The notes beneath the pieces are model-generated. The model saw only the letters and a program-made list of their open reading frames with translations. It did no database searches and was not told where the DNA came from. A DNA stretch of 64,000 nucleotides from Candidatus Poribacteria bacterium (GTDB lineage Bacteria > Poribacteria > WGA-4E > WGA-3G): contig OZ243938.1 in assembly GCA_965214095.1 (NCBI GenBank), positions 1,664,001 through 1,728,000 of the forward strand. Reading direction: 5' to 3'. How positions within the stretch are numbered: position 1 is the first letter of the stretch; every line of letters starts with the position of its first letter. Positions 51,155 through 62,187 of the stretch are shown here, one piece after another. The translations under genes and the position numbers were made by a program.

Positions 51155-51335
51155 TCTATTCTCCTTATAACCTCATAATTGTAGCGTACATAAATTAACG
51201 TCCAGTAAACATTGATTTTGGTTAAACTTGCAAGCCGATATAACTCCTGATTTCCATGCCGTAAATAAAGGAAACATCGTATTAAGTAGTATAGTTTACA
51301 TTAAAAAGCAACCATAGTCAAGTGTAATTAACCTC

Positions 51336-52430
51336 TTAATCTTTCGGGGCATCCCCCCAATCTGGAATTGGTAGTAATTCGCCGTCTCTTAGTGCAGATT
51401 CATGTGCGACAATTCCAGGGGCACAATAACGTACTGCCTCCCATACGTTGATACGCGGCAAACGTTGACGATTGACTGAATCCACGAATTCATGGACCAG
51501 ATATGCGTGGGAACCGCCATGTCCACCTAAATTATCCTTAAGCTCCTCTGGCAGGAATTCGTGCATTTGTTCAGCTTGGACAGGCTGTGAACCTTGCTTA
51601 TCTGCCCACACCTTTCCTGCAAGACTCTGTTCATAACTTCCTTCCGTACCATAGATTCCGCTTACGCGTTCACTTCCGGGGTGACCAATTCGTCTGAACT
51701 CACAGATCTGCATTGTGGCACCGTTGCTCATCTTGAATAGACCGACCTCATTGGAAAACGGGTTTTTGTAAATAGTGTCTAACCGAAACCAATCATCGTT
51801 GGGATAGATATATCCTTGTGCGGAAACCGATGTGGCGTGTGCATTCATTACAGAGATTGGGAAACAAGTTGAGTGTGTTGGATAATACATTGGTATGAAA
51901 CCAGTTTTATCCCGACCAAACTGATCACCCCAACGGTTTTTTAGCACGTTATATAGTCCATGATCCATGTCATGGAAGTATTCGGCGCGACAGTGCACGA
52001 ATTCACCAAATGCGCCTTCCGCGGCTTTTTGTCGGCAAAATGCGGTTTCTGGACGAAAATAACTTGTCTCACCGTTCATGTATATCATGCCGGTCTTTTC
52101 TACTGTTCTAATCAACTGTTCACATTCGTCCAATGATACCGCAGCGGGAACAGCAGTGTAGACATGCTTTCCGGCTTCCATTGCCTGGATAGCTTGCAGT
52201 GCGTGCATCCAATGCTGTGTTATGATAACAAGTGCATCCAGATCCGATTTGCATATTTCGTCAAGACTTGTATAGGTTTCAGAGATCTCAAACTGTTGTG
52301 CCCATTTTGACAATCTGTCAGGTTGTAAATCGCATAATGCAAGACGATGTACATCTGGATGTGCTTTGTAGGACTGGATAAATGAGGGACCGAACATCCC
52401 TAAACCTACCATTCCGATGCTAATACTCAT
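51336..52430 (-). CDS. Gfo/Idh/MocA oxidoreductase
   Basis: IGMVGLGMFG, AMEAGKHV, GGHGGSH. Confidence 0.88.
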   Translation of the reverse strand: MSISIGMVGLGMFGPSFIQSYKAHPDVHRLALCDLQPDRLSKWAQQFEISETYTSLDEICKSDLDALVIITQHWMHALQAIQAMEAGKHVYTAVPAAVSLDECEQLIRTVEKTGMIYMNGETSYFRPETAFCRQKAAEGAFGEFVHCRAEYFHDMDHGLYNVLKNRWGDQFGRDKTGFIPMYYPTHSTCFPISVMNAHATSVSAQGYIYPNDDWFRLDTIYKNPFSNEVGLFKMSNGATMQICEFRRIGHPGSERVSGIYGTEGSYEQSLAGKVWADKQGSQPVQAEQMHEFLPEELKDNLGGHGGSHAYLVHEFVDSVNRQRLPRINVWEAVRYCAPGIVAHESALRDGELLPIPDWGDAPKD

Positions 52431-52519
52431 CCGGTTGCTCCTCAAGATAAAATATGTGAGTGATAATTGATGCAAGATAGCATGTATACGAATTGGTGTC
52501 AAGGGAATACTTTGTAAAT

Positions 52520-52548
52520 TTGACATTTCTTTGAAACCCGTGTATACT
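52520..52548 (+). promoter_or_regulatory. Sigma70 promoter of tRNA-Leu
   Basis: TTGACA-17-TATACT. Confidence 0.75.
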
Positions 52549-52561
52549 AATTCATTGTGAT

Positions 52562-52647
52562 GCCGGGATGCTGGAATTTGGTAGACAGGCTAGATTCAGG
52601 TTCTAGTGTGCAATTTGCGCGTGAGGGTTCGAGTCCCTTTCCCGGCA
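52562..52647 (+). tRNA. tRNA-Leu(CAG), CCA not encoded
   Basis: Acceptor GCCGGGA/TCCCGGC-A, anticodon arm CTAGA-TTCAGGT-TCTAG, long variable arm, GGTTCGAGTCC T-arm. Confidence 0.95.
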
Positions 52648-52675
52648 TATCATTTTTGAGGGTATTGGTTAAGTT

Positions 52676-53518
52676 ATGAAGCAATTTTACTCACTAAAAC
52701 TTTTTACCTTCTTCCTACTTATGTGTATGTTGATATTTTTGAGTTGTTCAGAAAAACAGACAGATCGATTGATAATTCGCGAGGAATCTGATGATCAGAA
52801 ACGTTGGAATTACATTTATGATGAAGAGAATGTCATCATACCGCCACTCCCTGAAGTGACACATACGAAATTATTTGCTGAACTTTCTCAACTCAGACAA
52901 CAATTCCCCGGCAATCTTTCAGAGGATAACTTTCATATCCTCCGAAATCTCACTTCCTCACAAAACTATATTTCGTATTTAACAAAGACAATCACCAGAG
53001 ACAAACATTTTGAGACGCTTGAAGAGTTTTGGAAATTACAACCACCCGATACCAATCAAATCCGCTTATTGTTTGATAGTCTCCTTGAAAACCCAGACGC
53101 TAAACAGATTACTTACGTACATTTTGGGATTCTATCTTGGCAATGCAGCATATTGGACACTCTCATAAACCAAAGTTTGCAGAGCAAATGTGGGGTAAAT
53201 CCTTTTTCTACCAATATTAAGTTCAAACTATCTCCCGCCCTTCAAAACGCAATTTATTTTGGATCTCATCAAAATCTTTGGGATTTGGCACCAGGTGAAG
53301 AATGGGGAGAACCTTGGATTGAAGATCTTCAGGGTCGATATCAAAGATATGCAGAAAAAACCGTTCACATTAATAGCAAAAAAATACGCGGTTTTTTCAG
53401 TATATATGGTGTTAACAACGGTCTCTTATGGTTAGCAATACAGGATCCAGATCTTGTAGGTTTCGTCCTCAGCAACTTTACAAATGAAGACCTATTTCAG
53501 TGTTGGATTAATCATTAA
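52676..53518 (+). CDS. Hypothetical lipoprotein
   Basis: Signal peptide with FLSC lipobox; no recognised domain. Confidence 0.6.
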   Translation: MKQFYSLKLFTFFLLMCMLIFLSCSEKQTDRLIIREESDDQKRWNYIYDEENVIIPPLPEVTHTKLFAELSQLRQQFPGNLSEDNFHILRNLTSSQNYISYLTKTITRDKHFETLEEFWKLQPPDTNQIRLLFDSLLENPDAKQITYVHFGILSWQCSILDTLINQSLQSKCGVNPFSTNIKFKLSPALQNAIYFGSHQNLWDLAPGEEWGEPWIEDLQGRYQRYAEKTVHINSKKIRGFFSIYGVNNGLLWLAIQDPDLVGFVLSNFTNEDLFQCWINH

Positions 53519-53562
53519 TCTTCGGGCATTCCTCCCAATCTTTTAGGTTTGGGTGCTATGAC

Positions 53563-54741
53563 TTATTCTCTTTGTAGGGTCTCAGGAACTAACCAAAGGA
53601 AGATAATGACTGCCAAATAACCGATTCCCCCTAAAGCGAATCCAGAATACCCCAATCCGAATAGGTCCGCGATATTGCCGACGACAACAGGTCCTGCTGA
53701 TCCTCCAAAGTCTCCAGTGAGTCGCCATAACCCGAGGAATTCTCCTGTGCCATCAGTTGGTGCTAAATCTGCCCCGAGTGTCATCATTGTCCCCGATGCG
53801 ATACCGTTCCCGAATCGCATCAGAACTGCGGCAAGGAGAAGCCATGTAAAAGAGCCTGTAAACGGCATCAATAACATACCCGTAGCAAAGATAGATATTC
53901 CGGGTACCGTTGCATATCTCCTACCGAAGCGATCCATCATTGCACCTGCAACAGGAAACATTGACATATCCACTGCAGAAGAGATCATTTCCACCAAACG
54001 GACACCTTGTGTGCTTAAACCTACTACATCTTTAGCGTATAACGGAATAATAATATGGCATCCGCGCCGTAGTGTCTGAACACAGATCTGTCCGACACCT
54101 GCCGTTGCAAGTAGTTTATAGTGTTGTTTAGAGACGTGGATAAGCTGCTTTAGATAGGGTTGTGTGTTTTGTGTATTATCCTTTGATTCTCGTTTTGTAT
54201 CCGATATTGAGAATATACAGATAATAAATGTCAGTACAGCAATTACTGCATAAACGAAAAATGGAAGTTGTAGATTTGCTCCGAGGAAGATTGCCCCAAA
54301 CTTTCCTGCGAAAGTTCCCATACGATTGACACCACCGAACAAGGCAATAGACCTACCCCGCTTTACCAGTGGAATTACATCTGTCATATATGCATGCCGA
54401 GAGAGCATCCATAGCGCATTACCGATACCACCGATCAGTTGTGCAATGACCAAATGTGTAAGCTGCTGTGCTATTCCCATTCCGATAGCTGACACGGCTA
54501 TTAGGAATAATCCGAGCAACATTGCGGATTTTCTGCCTATTCGTTCAACCAGAATTCCTGCGGGGATATTTCCAACAACACCGACAGCTATGACAATAGT
54601 GGTCAAGGTGTAGGATATATTAAAAGATTTTATGTAGATTGCATGCGTGGGTGAGATGATTCCCGCGCCTGTTGAAAGGAAAAACGCGGGGAGGTAGATA
54701 GGTAGAATTAGTGAGACACGACTAAATTTATTGGATGCCAA
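53563..54741 (-). CDS. MFS transporter
   Basis: GILVERIGRK and GAMMDRFGRR motif A; about 12 TM segments. Confidence 0.9.
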   Translation of the reverse strand: MASNKFSRVSLILPIYLPAFFLSTGAGIISPTHAIYIKSFNISYTLTTIVIAVGVVGNIPAGILVERIGRKSAMLLGLFLIAVSAIGMGIAQQLTHLVIAQLIGGIGNALWMLSRHAYMTDVIPLVKRGRSIALFGGVNRMGTFAGKFGAIFLGANLQLPFFVYAVIAVLTFIICIFSISDTKRESKDNTQNTQPYLKQLIHVSKQHYKLLATAGVGQICVQTLRRGCHIIIPLYAKDVVGLSTQGVRLVEMISSAVDMSMFPVAGAMMDRFGRRYATVPGISIFATGMLLMPFTGSFTWLLLAAVLMRFGNGIASGTMMTLGADLAPTDGTGEFLGLWRLTGDFGGSAGPVVVGNIADLFGLGYSGFALGGIGYLAVIIFLWLVPETLQRE

Positions 54742-54782
54742 ATTGGGATTGACTCCTTAGGAGTGTCGTATATTATCTATGG

Positions 54783-54885
54783 TATAGTAGATTTTGAAAT
54801 TACTTGAACACTCTGCATCGGCGAGGTTAGGAGACCTCGCCTACCGTGGGTCGAAAGTGTCAACTAATATTTATAATTCACTATA
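54783..54885. mobile_element. 103-bp MITE-like element, inverted copy of 26895-26997
   Basis: TATAGTAGATTTTGAAATTACTTGAACACTCTGCA...CGAGGTTAGGAGACCTCGCCTAC...TTCACTATA. Confidence 0.7.
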
Positions 54886-54948
54886 AATGTATGTTGTGAG
54901 AACTACGGTAGGTATGAATAAAGTAACCACACCTACCGTAAAAACAAT

Positions 54949-55941
54949 CTATTCGTCAAGCCAACTCATCATACTGCGTAGGTTTTTGCCAACTTCTTCA
55001 ATCTGCTGTTCTGATTCCTGTCGACGTAGTGCTTGCAGGACTGGTTGATTTGCTTGATTTTCCAGTACCCACTCACGTGCGAAGATTCCACCTTGCACGT
55101 CTTTAAGAATCTGACGCATTTTTTCGCGAACACTATCGTCAATGAGTACGGGACCACGCGTTAAATCACCATATTCTGCAGTGTTACTAATATCGTTTCG
55201 CATTTTGCTGAGTCCTCCTGCATAGAGTAGGTCAACAATGAGCTTCAATTCGTGTAGGCATTCAAAGTATGCCATTTCAGGTTGATAGCCTGCTTCAACG
55301 AGTGTATCAAATGCGGCTTTGATGAGGGCAGCAGTGCCACCACATAATACGGCTTGTTCACCGAATAGGTCGGTTTCAGTTTCTTCACGGAACGTGGTTT
55401 CAATCACCCCTGCGCGTGTACCGCCAATACCTCTTGCATAAGCGAGTGCGATATCTCGCGCAGTACCTGTTGTATCTTGATGTATTGCGATGAGACACGG
55501 CACCCCACCACCACCTTCAAACACATCACGGACAAGTGAACCGGGCCCTTTCGGTGCAATCATGGTCACGTCAATATCGTTAGCAGGTACAATCTGACCG
55601 AAATGTACGCTGAATCCGTGCGAAACCATGAGCATGTTGCCTGCTTGCATATTCGGTTCAATCTCATCTTGGTATACAGCAGAATGTTTTTCATCGGGGA
55701 TGAGTATCTGAACAATGTCTGCCATTGCTGATGCTTCTGCAACATTCTTGACGGTAATCCCATCTGCTTCGGCGCGTGGTATAGAACGACTACCTTCGTA
55801 TAATCCAACAACGACGTTTGCACCGCTATCTTGAAGGTTAAGTGCTTGTGCTCTGCCTTGTGCACCATAACCGATGATGGCGACGGTACGTTCTTTCAGT
55901 AAATCAAAATTGGCATCACTATCGTAATATATTGTTGCCAT
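54949..55941 (-). CDS. ilvC: Ketol-acid reductoisomerase
   Basis: [31 protein letters not shown]. Confidence 0.97.
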   Translation of the reverse strand: MATIYYDSDANFDLLKERTVAIIGYGAQGRAQALNLQDSGANVVVGLYEGSRSIPRAEADGITVKNVAEASAMADIVQILIPDEKHSAVYQDEIEPNMQAGNMLMVSHGFSVHFGQIVPANDIDVTMIAPKGPGSLVRDVFEGGGGVPCLIAIHQDTTGTARDIALAYARGIGGTRAGVIETTFREETETDLFGEQAVLCGGTAALIKAAFDTLVEAGYQPEMAYFECLHELKLIVDLLYAGGLSKMRNDISNTAEYGDLTRGPVLIDDSVREKMRQILKDVQGGIFAREWVLENQANQPVLQALRRQESEQQIEEVGKNLRSMMSWLDE

Positions 55942-56003
55942 AAGTATGTTCCTCTCTTACGAATTTTCCTAATAAAGTTATATTTAATCAATGCTAATGT
56001 GAT

Positions 56004-56915
56004 TCATTTTACTCTTTCAAGTTGCAGGTTCACCAGATAAATTCCTACTGCCACTAATCCAGTTCCCGCTAATAAGTTGAAAGACAGTTTATCTCCTAAT
56101 AACAAGCTGCTAAACAACACTCCCGACACTGGCATGAGAAAAGAAAAGACCACCAGTTTGCTTGCTTTGTACTTTCTTAGCACAGATGTCAAGGCTAAAA
56201 AGCAGAAACCTGTTATAACCCATCCTTGATAGAGCAAACCCATACTGCTTGCATAAGACCACTCAATTGCTTTCTCACTCTCAAAGAGATAACTTAAAAC
56301 GAAAAAAAACGGAGCACTTAAACCTAATAACCAGACGAGTAGTCGATATGGGTAAATCTCTTGAACAAACAATTTTGTGAGTGTAATGCGAAATGCCAAC
56401 AAACCAGCCGATAGCGTTACAATCAAGTCTCCGATTAAGTATTCTGCCCCACCGATTCCTTGTAAATTTGGTGCAAGTACTACAAATATCCCACCGAAGG
56501 CGGCGAGAATTCCAAATAACTTTGTGGTAGAAAGTCGATCACCTGGTAGTAAGAAATGACCGAACAGAACCACAAATACTGGATACAGTGTATGACAAAT
56601 AGTAGAATGTGAAGCCGTCGTGAATTGAGTACCGACATTCATTGTAATTATATGTAATGCTTGGAGTGCTGCCAGCAAGAGTAACCGGGGAAATTCTACC
56701 ATGCGCATTCGCATGGACACGCCATAGATGAATCCTATCCCTCCAACAGCGATAACACCTAATATGCTGCGAAACAGTGCCATTTTTAGTGGTGGGAATC
56801 CTTGTAAACCAATTTTTACAGATAATGATCCCGCGCCTAAAAGGGAAACAACAAGGAGTATGAGGCCTATAATCTTAGCAGGAGGGTCTTCATTTCTAAA
56901 TTCTTTTTCAAGCAT
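56004..56915 (-). CDS. EamA/DMT family transporter
   Basis: Paralog of 6071-6991 (EDP.AKII...GIYLVNLQ). Confidence 0.88.
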   Translation of the reverse strand: MLEKEFRNEDPPAKIIGLILLVVSLLGAGSLSVKIGLQGFPPLKMALFRSILGVIAVGGIGFIYGVSMRMRMVEFPRLLLLAALQALHIITMNVGTQFTTASHSTICHTLYPVFVVLFGHFLLPGDRLSTTKLFGILAAFGGIFVVLAPNLQGIGGAEYLIGDLIVTLSAGLLAFRITLTKLFVQEIYPYRLLVWLLGLSAPFFFVLSYLFESEKAIEWSYASSMGLLYQGWVITGFCFLALTSVLRKYKASKLVVFSFLMPVSGVLFSSLLLGDKLSFNLLAGTGLVAVGIYLVNLQLERVK

Positions 56916-57158
56916 AAATACTTTCTTTCCCTCTATTGTTTCATTAAACTCCAATAATTCTATAGAAGGAGAATTGTGTTTTCTGTTCTTCTGTGTGGCG
57001 TATTTATGTTGCAGTACAAAATACAAAACATAACACAATCAAATTGCTTCGTTTCTAATATTACCTCCGTTGTTATGATACAATCTATCTTTAGGAAACT
57101 GTTTGAATTCTATAATGAATAGGAATGTATGAAAATTGAAAGGTTTCACTATCAAGTG

Positions 57159-57656
57159 CTAATTTGTGCCACCGCGCATCATTGCAATTTTGCCGGTACG
57201 CGCTAATTCAAGGATACCGTAGGTGTTAAAAATCTCTATTGCTGCTTCTAATTTCCCTTCATCACCGGTAATTTCAAGCACGAGTGAGGAAGGTTTTGTA
57301 TCTATAACGCGTGCACGGTATACCTCTGCGACTTGTAGAATCTCCGCACGTTTTCGAGGATCATCCGTGCTAATCTTGAGAAGTAGGAGTTCTCGTTCTA
57401 CATGAGTGCCTGTGGTGAGGTCTGTAACCTCAATGACATCAATAAGTCTATTTAGGTGTTGATAGATTTGCTCAATGATCTGGGCATCCCCATGTGTAAC
57501 CAAGGTGATCTGTGAGACGCTCTTATCATGTGTTTCCGCGACGTTAAGGCTGTCAATATTAAAACCGCGTCCACTAAAAAGTCCTGCGACGCGCGCTAGG
57601 ACTCCAAATCGGTTTTCAACCATTACCGAGAAAATGTGTCGTTCTTCTTTGCTCAT
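57159..57656 (-). CDS. ilvN: Acetolactate synthase small subunit
   Basis: VENRFGVLARVAGLFSGRGFNIDSL, ELARTG. Confidence 0.96.
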   Translation of the reverse strand: MSKEERHIFSVMVENRFGVLARVAGLFSGRGFNIDSLNVAETHDKSVSQITLVTHGDAQIIEQIYQHLNRLIDVIEVTDLTTGTHVERELLLLKISTDDPRKRAEILQVAEVYRARVIDTKPSSLVLEITGDEGKLEAAIEIFNTYGILELARTGKIAMMRGGTN

Positions 57657-57728
57657 TTTATTTAGTATTACTTCAATAGTTGTCCGTTGTTATGGCGCAC
57701 TTTGAAAGCGCGCCTACTGTTTTGAAGA

Positions 57729-59405
57729 TTAAGAAAGCCCGCGAATTACATCTCCAAGACCTGCGCCTGCGGGAACCATCGGAAATACGTTCTCCTCTTC
57801 AGCAACGATGAAATCAATCACGACAGGACCATCATTGATGCCTTTTGCCTTTAGTAATGCAGGTTCAACATCTTCGGGATGTTCCACTCGGAGACCAGTT
57901 GCCCCGAATGCCTGTGCCAGCAACGCAAAGTCAGGATTGTCGTGGTAATCAACAGCAGAGTAACGTTTATTATGGAACAGTTCCTGCCATTGTCGGACCA
58001 TGCCTAAATACATATTGTTGATGATGAAAATCTTAAGTGGGAGTTTCATCGTAATCGCAGGTACTAACTCCTGAATAGTCATGATGTAGGATCCGTCACC
58101 ATTGATATTCACAACGGTTTTATCAGGACATCCGAGTTGTGCCCCTATTGCTGCAGGCAAACTGAAACCCATTGTGCCAAGTCCGCCTGAGTTTAGCCAA
58201 GTTCTTGGGTCTGTAAATTTGAAGTATTGTGCAGCCCACATCTGATGTTGTCCAACATCCGCAACGACTATGGCATCACTATAATGCTCATAGATCTTTT
58301 CTATGACATATTGCGGCATGACTTTATTGCCTTTCTGCTCGTATTCAAACGGATATTTCTGTTTCCATTCCTGAATTTGATTACGCCAGGGGTCAATATC
58401 TGCGGTATCAACCAACTTATTTAATTCTGTAAGTACGTTCTTGGCATCCCCAACAATAGGCACATCAACAGGTACATTTTTTCCGATACAGGATGGGTCA
58501 ATATCAATGTGGATTTTTTTAGCTTTTGGTGCGAATTTGCCGAGGTCTCCTGTAACCCTATCATCAAATCTTGCGCCGATAGCAACAACAAGGTCTGCAT
58601 CTGTAAATGCGTAATTTGCACAGCATGAACCGTGCATTCCAGGCATCTCCATCGCCAATGGATGTGTTTCTGGAAATGCCCCAAGTCCCATCAACGTGAC
58701 AGTAATAGGTATCTGTGTATTGAGGGTCAATTTTCGAAGTTCTTCACTTGCATTTGCGAGCACAACCCCACCACCAGCATATAACATCGGACACTTCGCT
58801 TCTTTAATTAAAGCTGCCGCTTTCGCAATTTGTGCTGGGTCACCATTCACTTGTGGTTTGTAGCTGCGGAGATCAACTGTTTCCGGATATTGAAATAGTG
58901 TCTCTTCTCTTTGTGCATCCTTAGCGATGTCAATAATGACGGGACCTTGTTTTCCTGTGCTGGCCAGATGAAATGCTTCAGCGACAACATCTGCGACTTC
59001 ATCGCAACTTTTGACAAGGTAACTATGCTTACAGATTGGTCGGGTAACACCGATAACATCACATTCTTGGAATGCATCACTCCCGATAAATTGCGTCATT
59101 ACCTGTCCAGTTATTGCAACCATAGGGATTGAATCCATATATGCAGTTGCAATTCCGGTAACAAGATTTGTTGCTCCGGGACCGGATGTTGCGAGTGCGA
59201 CTCCAACTTTACCAGTGGCGCGTGCATATCCATCTGCGGCATGAGAAGCACCTTGCTCATGACGCATAGGGATCAATTTTACTTCTGTTTCATCGTAGAG
59301 GGCATCGAAAATCGGCATTGCCGCGCCACCGTTCACACCGAAGATATATTCGACACCTTCACGTTTGAGACCATCAACCAGGATTTGTGCTCCTGAAAGT
59401 TCCAT
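57729..59405 (-). CDS. ilvB: Acetolactate synthase large subunit (start at MELSG)
   Basis: RHEQGA, TSGPGATN, DVGQHQMW, GDGS...NN.YLGMVRQWQ; GAGGA RBS. Confidence 0.97.
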   Translation of the reverse strand: MELSGAQILVDGLKREGVEYIFGVNGGAAMPIFDALYDETEVKLIPMRHEQGASHAADGYARATGKVGVALATSGPGATNLVTGIATAYMDSIPMVAITGQVMTQFIGSDAFQECDVIGVTRPICKHSYLVKSCDEVADVVAEAFHLASTGKQGPVIIDIAKDAQREETLFQYPETVDLRSYKPQVNGDPAQIAKAAALIKEAKCPMLYAGGGVVLANASEELRKLTLNTQIPITVTLMGLGAFPETHPLAMEMPGMHGSCCANYAFTDADLVVAIGARFDDRVTGDLGKFAPKAKKIHIDIDPSCIGKNVPVDVPIVGDAKNVLTELNKLVDTADIDPWRNQIQEWKQKYPFEYEQKGNKVMPQYVIEKIYEHYSDAIVVADVGQHQMWAAQYFKFTDPRTWLNSGGLGTMGFSLPAAIGAQLGCPDKTVVNINGDGSYIMTIQELVPAITMKLPLKIFIINNMYLGMVRQWQELFHNKRYSAVDYHDNPDFALLAQAFGATGLRVEHPEDVEPALLKAKGINDGPVVIDFIVAEEENVFPMVPAGAGLGDVIRGLS

Positions 59406-59464
59406 GTCAATTTCCTCATAGACGGTAGTAGACACATTCTTTTGTGCCGTAGGTTGTTGAAAGT

Positions 59465-59828
59465 AAAAAACCTTCTCGTTCCAACTTTGGAGACGAGAAG
59501 GATGCGGCTTTAATAGCACGTTTCGGCTTGTGTATATTACCGAAACCGACCTTACCGTGGTACCACTCCAATTCCTTCCCTCGTTCACTATGGAAATAAG
59601 ACTTTTGAACGACCACTAACGAGGAAAAGCACTCTTTGGGATGCGATAACGGACATCACACCGACTAACCCTACTGATGTATCACGATTGGGAAATCACT
59701 CTAACAACATGTTCAGATTAGTTGCTCCAGGGCGACCTTCAGCCTTAGGAACTTGGGGTGACCTTTCAGCCTATGAGTCACCTTCTCTTACAAGTCCAGA
59801 GGACCTACTTCTCCCCTTCTCCGCATTT
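59465..59828 (-). promoter_or_regulatory. T-box riboswitch, probable Val (GUC) specifier
   Basis: Stem I with AGAGA and GCTGAA boxes. T-box GGAG-TGGTACC-ACG pairs with CGT-CTCC. Terminator CCTTCTCGT...ACGAGAAGG-TTTTTT. TTGACT-17-TATAAT promoter at 59906-59934. Confidence 0.88.
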
Positions 59829-60653
59829 ACTTATATTCAATCTTTTATGTACACCATTCTTATATATCTGTTAGGTGTTTGCGAAATTTTCTCTATACCG
59901 ATGTAATTATAATACTTCTCAATGAAAAAGTCAAGAAAAATCAGTGTTATTAGTTTTATAAATTGCCAGTTGATGAGTTTTACTAAGAGTTAGGTTTGAA
60001 TTGTAGCGATGCATAGTTGTAGGCACACGCCGTGTACCGTAATTTCCTCTCAGGTGGACGGCATGCGGAGCGTACCTACTACCATGTTTGTTCACAAGCT
60101 AACCCGCAAGTGGGCATTGGTCAGAAAACAGCAATTACTCAACGATTGAATACCTCTGCGTATGTCATGAATGTTTGCATTAATTGCATTAATTTCTATT
60201 ATAATTTGGATTTATTTATGAAAAAACCTTCGCGAAAAAATAGAGTTAGATTCAGTCATAATAAGAGATTATCAGTGATCTGGGTGTACTTCTGAGAGTT
60301 ATACCAAATTAATCCGATTTGTAGCGCATGGAAAATAATTGATGCGAAAATTTCTGAGTGTTTGAGGAAATAAAAACGCAGACTTGCCAATGTGTACTGT
60401 CAGTTTACTATATTAACGCAAGTTGCTACCTAAACAATATAACGGTTCGTCCAGCCTGTTCAGGGTTCTTTCACATACCGCTCCAGCTGAAGATTAAGAA
60501 ATAAATTGGGTAATTTCTTGAGGGGTCTGTCAGCATAAGCGTTAGGTATGCTGAATTGGTTAGGAAACCGCACCTAACGGGGAGTGTGCATGTATTTTTA
60601 TATTTCAACATAAAAAGGGGTAGTTAGGACTACCCCTAAAAGTAGGTCAGGTT

Positions 60654-61265
60654 CTACGCATTTGCCTCATAGATTTCATTGACCTTTGACCAGTTGATGA
60701 CATTTTTCCACGCGTCAACATAATCTGGACGACGGTTTTGATAGTTCAGATAATAGGCATGTTCCCATACATCAATACCGAGTAGCGGGGTATGTCCCTG
60801 CATAATTGGACTATCTTGATTTGCTGTAGAGTAAATCTCTAATCCACTATCACCGATAACCAACCATGCCCAACCGGATCCGAAACGTTTGGTGGCTGCC
60901 GTAGTGAATTCTTCATTGGCTGCTTCAAGTGATCCAAATGCAGATTTTATCGCGTCAGCAAGTGCTCCACCTGGGTTACCGCTATCGCCTTCGGGACACA
61001 TGATAGACCAGAAGAGTGAATGGTTTGCATGTCCACCACCGTTGTTGATGACTGCTTGCCGTATGTCTTCTGGGACTTGGTCAATATTTCTAAGTAGTTC
61101 TTCAACATCTAATTTTGCGAGGTCGTCATGACCTTCTAATGCAGCGTTGAGGTTATTGACATATCCTTGATGGTGTTTTCCGTGATGAATTTCCATCGTT
61201 TGTGTGTCAATAATAGGTTCTAAAGCATCGTGTGCATAAGTGAGTTCTGGTAATGTGTGTGCCAT
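60654..61265 (-). CDS. sodA: Superoxide dismutase, Mn-type signature
   Basis: [29 protein letters not shown]. Confidence 0.95.
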   Translation of the reverse strand: MAHTLPELTYAHDALEPIIDTQTMEIHHGKHHQGYVNNLNAALEGHDDLAKLDVEELLRNIDQVPEDIRQAVINNGGGHANHSLFWSIMCPEGDSGNPGGALADAIKSAFGSLEAANEEFTTAATKRFGSGWAWLVIGDSGLEIYSTANQDSPIMQGHTPLLGIDVWEHAYYLNYQNRRPDYVDAWKNVINWSKVNEIYEANA

Positions 61266-61535
61266 TTATAATAATAGCCTCCTTAAGTATTTTGGTTGTA
61301 GGAGAGTATAACAGAATTGCACAAAGTGTGCAAGGATTTTGTTATTTCTACAGGATTCTTTAGGCTTCGTAATTTTAGTGAATTCTTATCACAACCCATT
61401 GTTTTCAGAATCACGGATTACACAGATTTGGCTGATTATTGAGTTTGTACTAATAAATTCCTATTGAAGGTTTGATCAAAATCTTATGAAACGGAATGTG
61501 TCCTCCCTGACTCCCATCCGTATAATCCGAGGCCG

Positions 61536-61629
61536 GTAGGTTCGGTTTCCTAACCGAACCGAATTTGTGCCAATAGTGTTCAAAAAGGTTTTCGCAGAAG
61601 ATCCGGTTCGGTTAGGAAACCGAACCTAC
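61536..61629. repeat. REPIN-like doublet of inverted GTAG-REPs
   Basis: GTAGGTTCGGTTTCCTAACCGAACC (61536-61560) and its exact reverse complement (61605-61629). Confidence 0.8.
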
Positions 61630-61712
61630 CTGTCCAGGAAGGACGCTAAATTGACTCTTATGATGCCAAAAACTTTACACGCCCCTACTTGTAATCTATT
61701 GAATATTGTGTT

Positions 61713-62108
61713 ATGTTTTCATGTATGATAGTATTTGATAATTACCCTTATCAAACTCACAGAATCGGTATCCCAAACCCAAAAATAGCGTCATATAAAG
61801 CCCGAGGCAGTGTGTGGCATCAAAAAAACCGAAAAGCGAACCATATTCCCGAAGGTGGACGGAACCTTGATACCGATGCGAGTTGGTCAACAAGCAAGTA
61901 TTGTGGATGGATTTATAGTTATGGAGTGCATTTGACAACCACTGCCAACGGGTTTCCGATACTCGCAAATGTTCGGACCGCTTCTGTGAACGAAAAACAG
62001 GATTTGATCAAAAGACTGAGGCACTTCTGGCGAGAAATATCAAATATGTCGTGGTGGATGTCGGATATTCGGTATAAAGGAGTGTCCGCGTTGTTTGGTG
62101 GTAAGTAA
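61713..62108 (+). pseudogene. Degenerate DDE transposase fragment
   Basis: DTDASWSTSKY.GWIYSYGVHL...ASVNE resembles IS4/IS982-type transposases; the frame breaks down afterwards. Confidence 0.55.
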
Positions 62109-62187
62109 TAGTTGACTGTCGCAGCGAAGCCTCATACATCGATTCAATGATTTGCTCTGCATGCCCCACCGTGAGATGTTTATCTAT

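Noticed and set aside
52562-53560. Prophage or island integrated at tRNA-Leu
   Set aside because: No adjacent integrase, and I found no duplicated tRNA 3' end in the window.
59406-59588. N-terminal extension of IlvB in the ORF track
   Set aside because: It overlaps the T-box antiterminator and terminator; the RBS supports the start at 59405.
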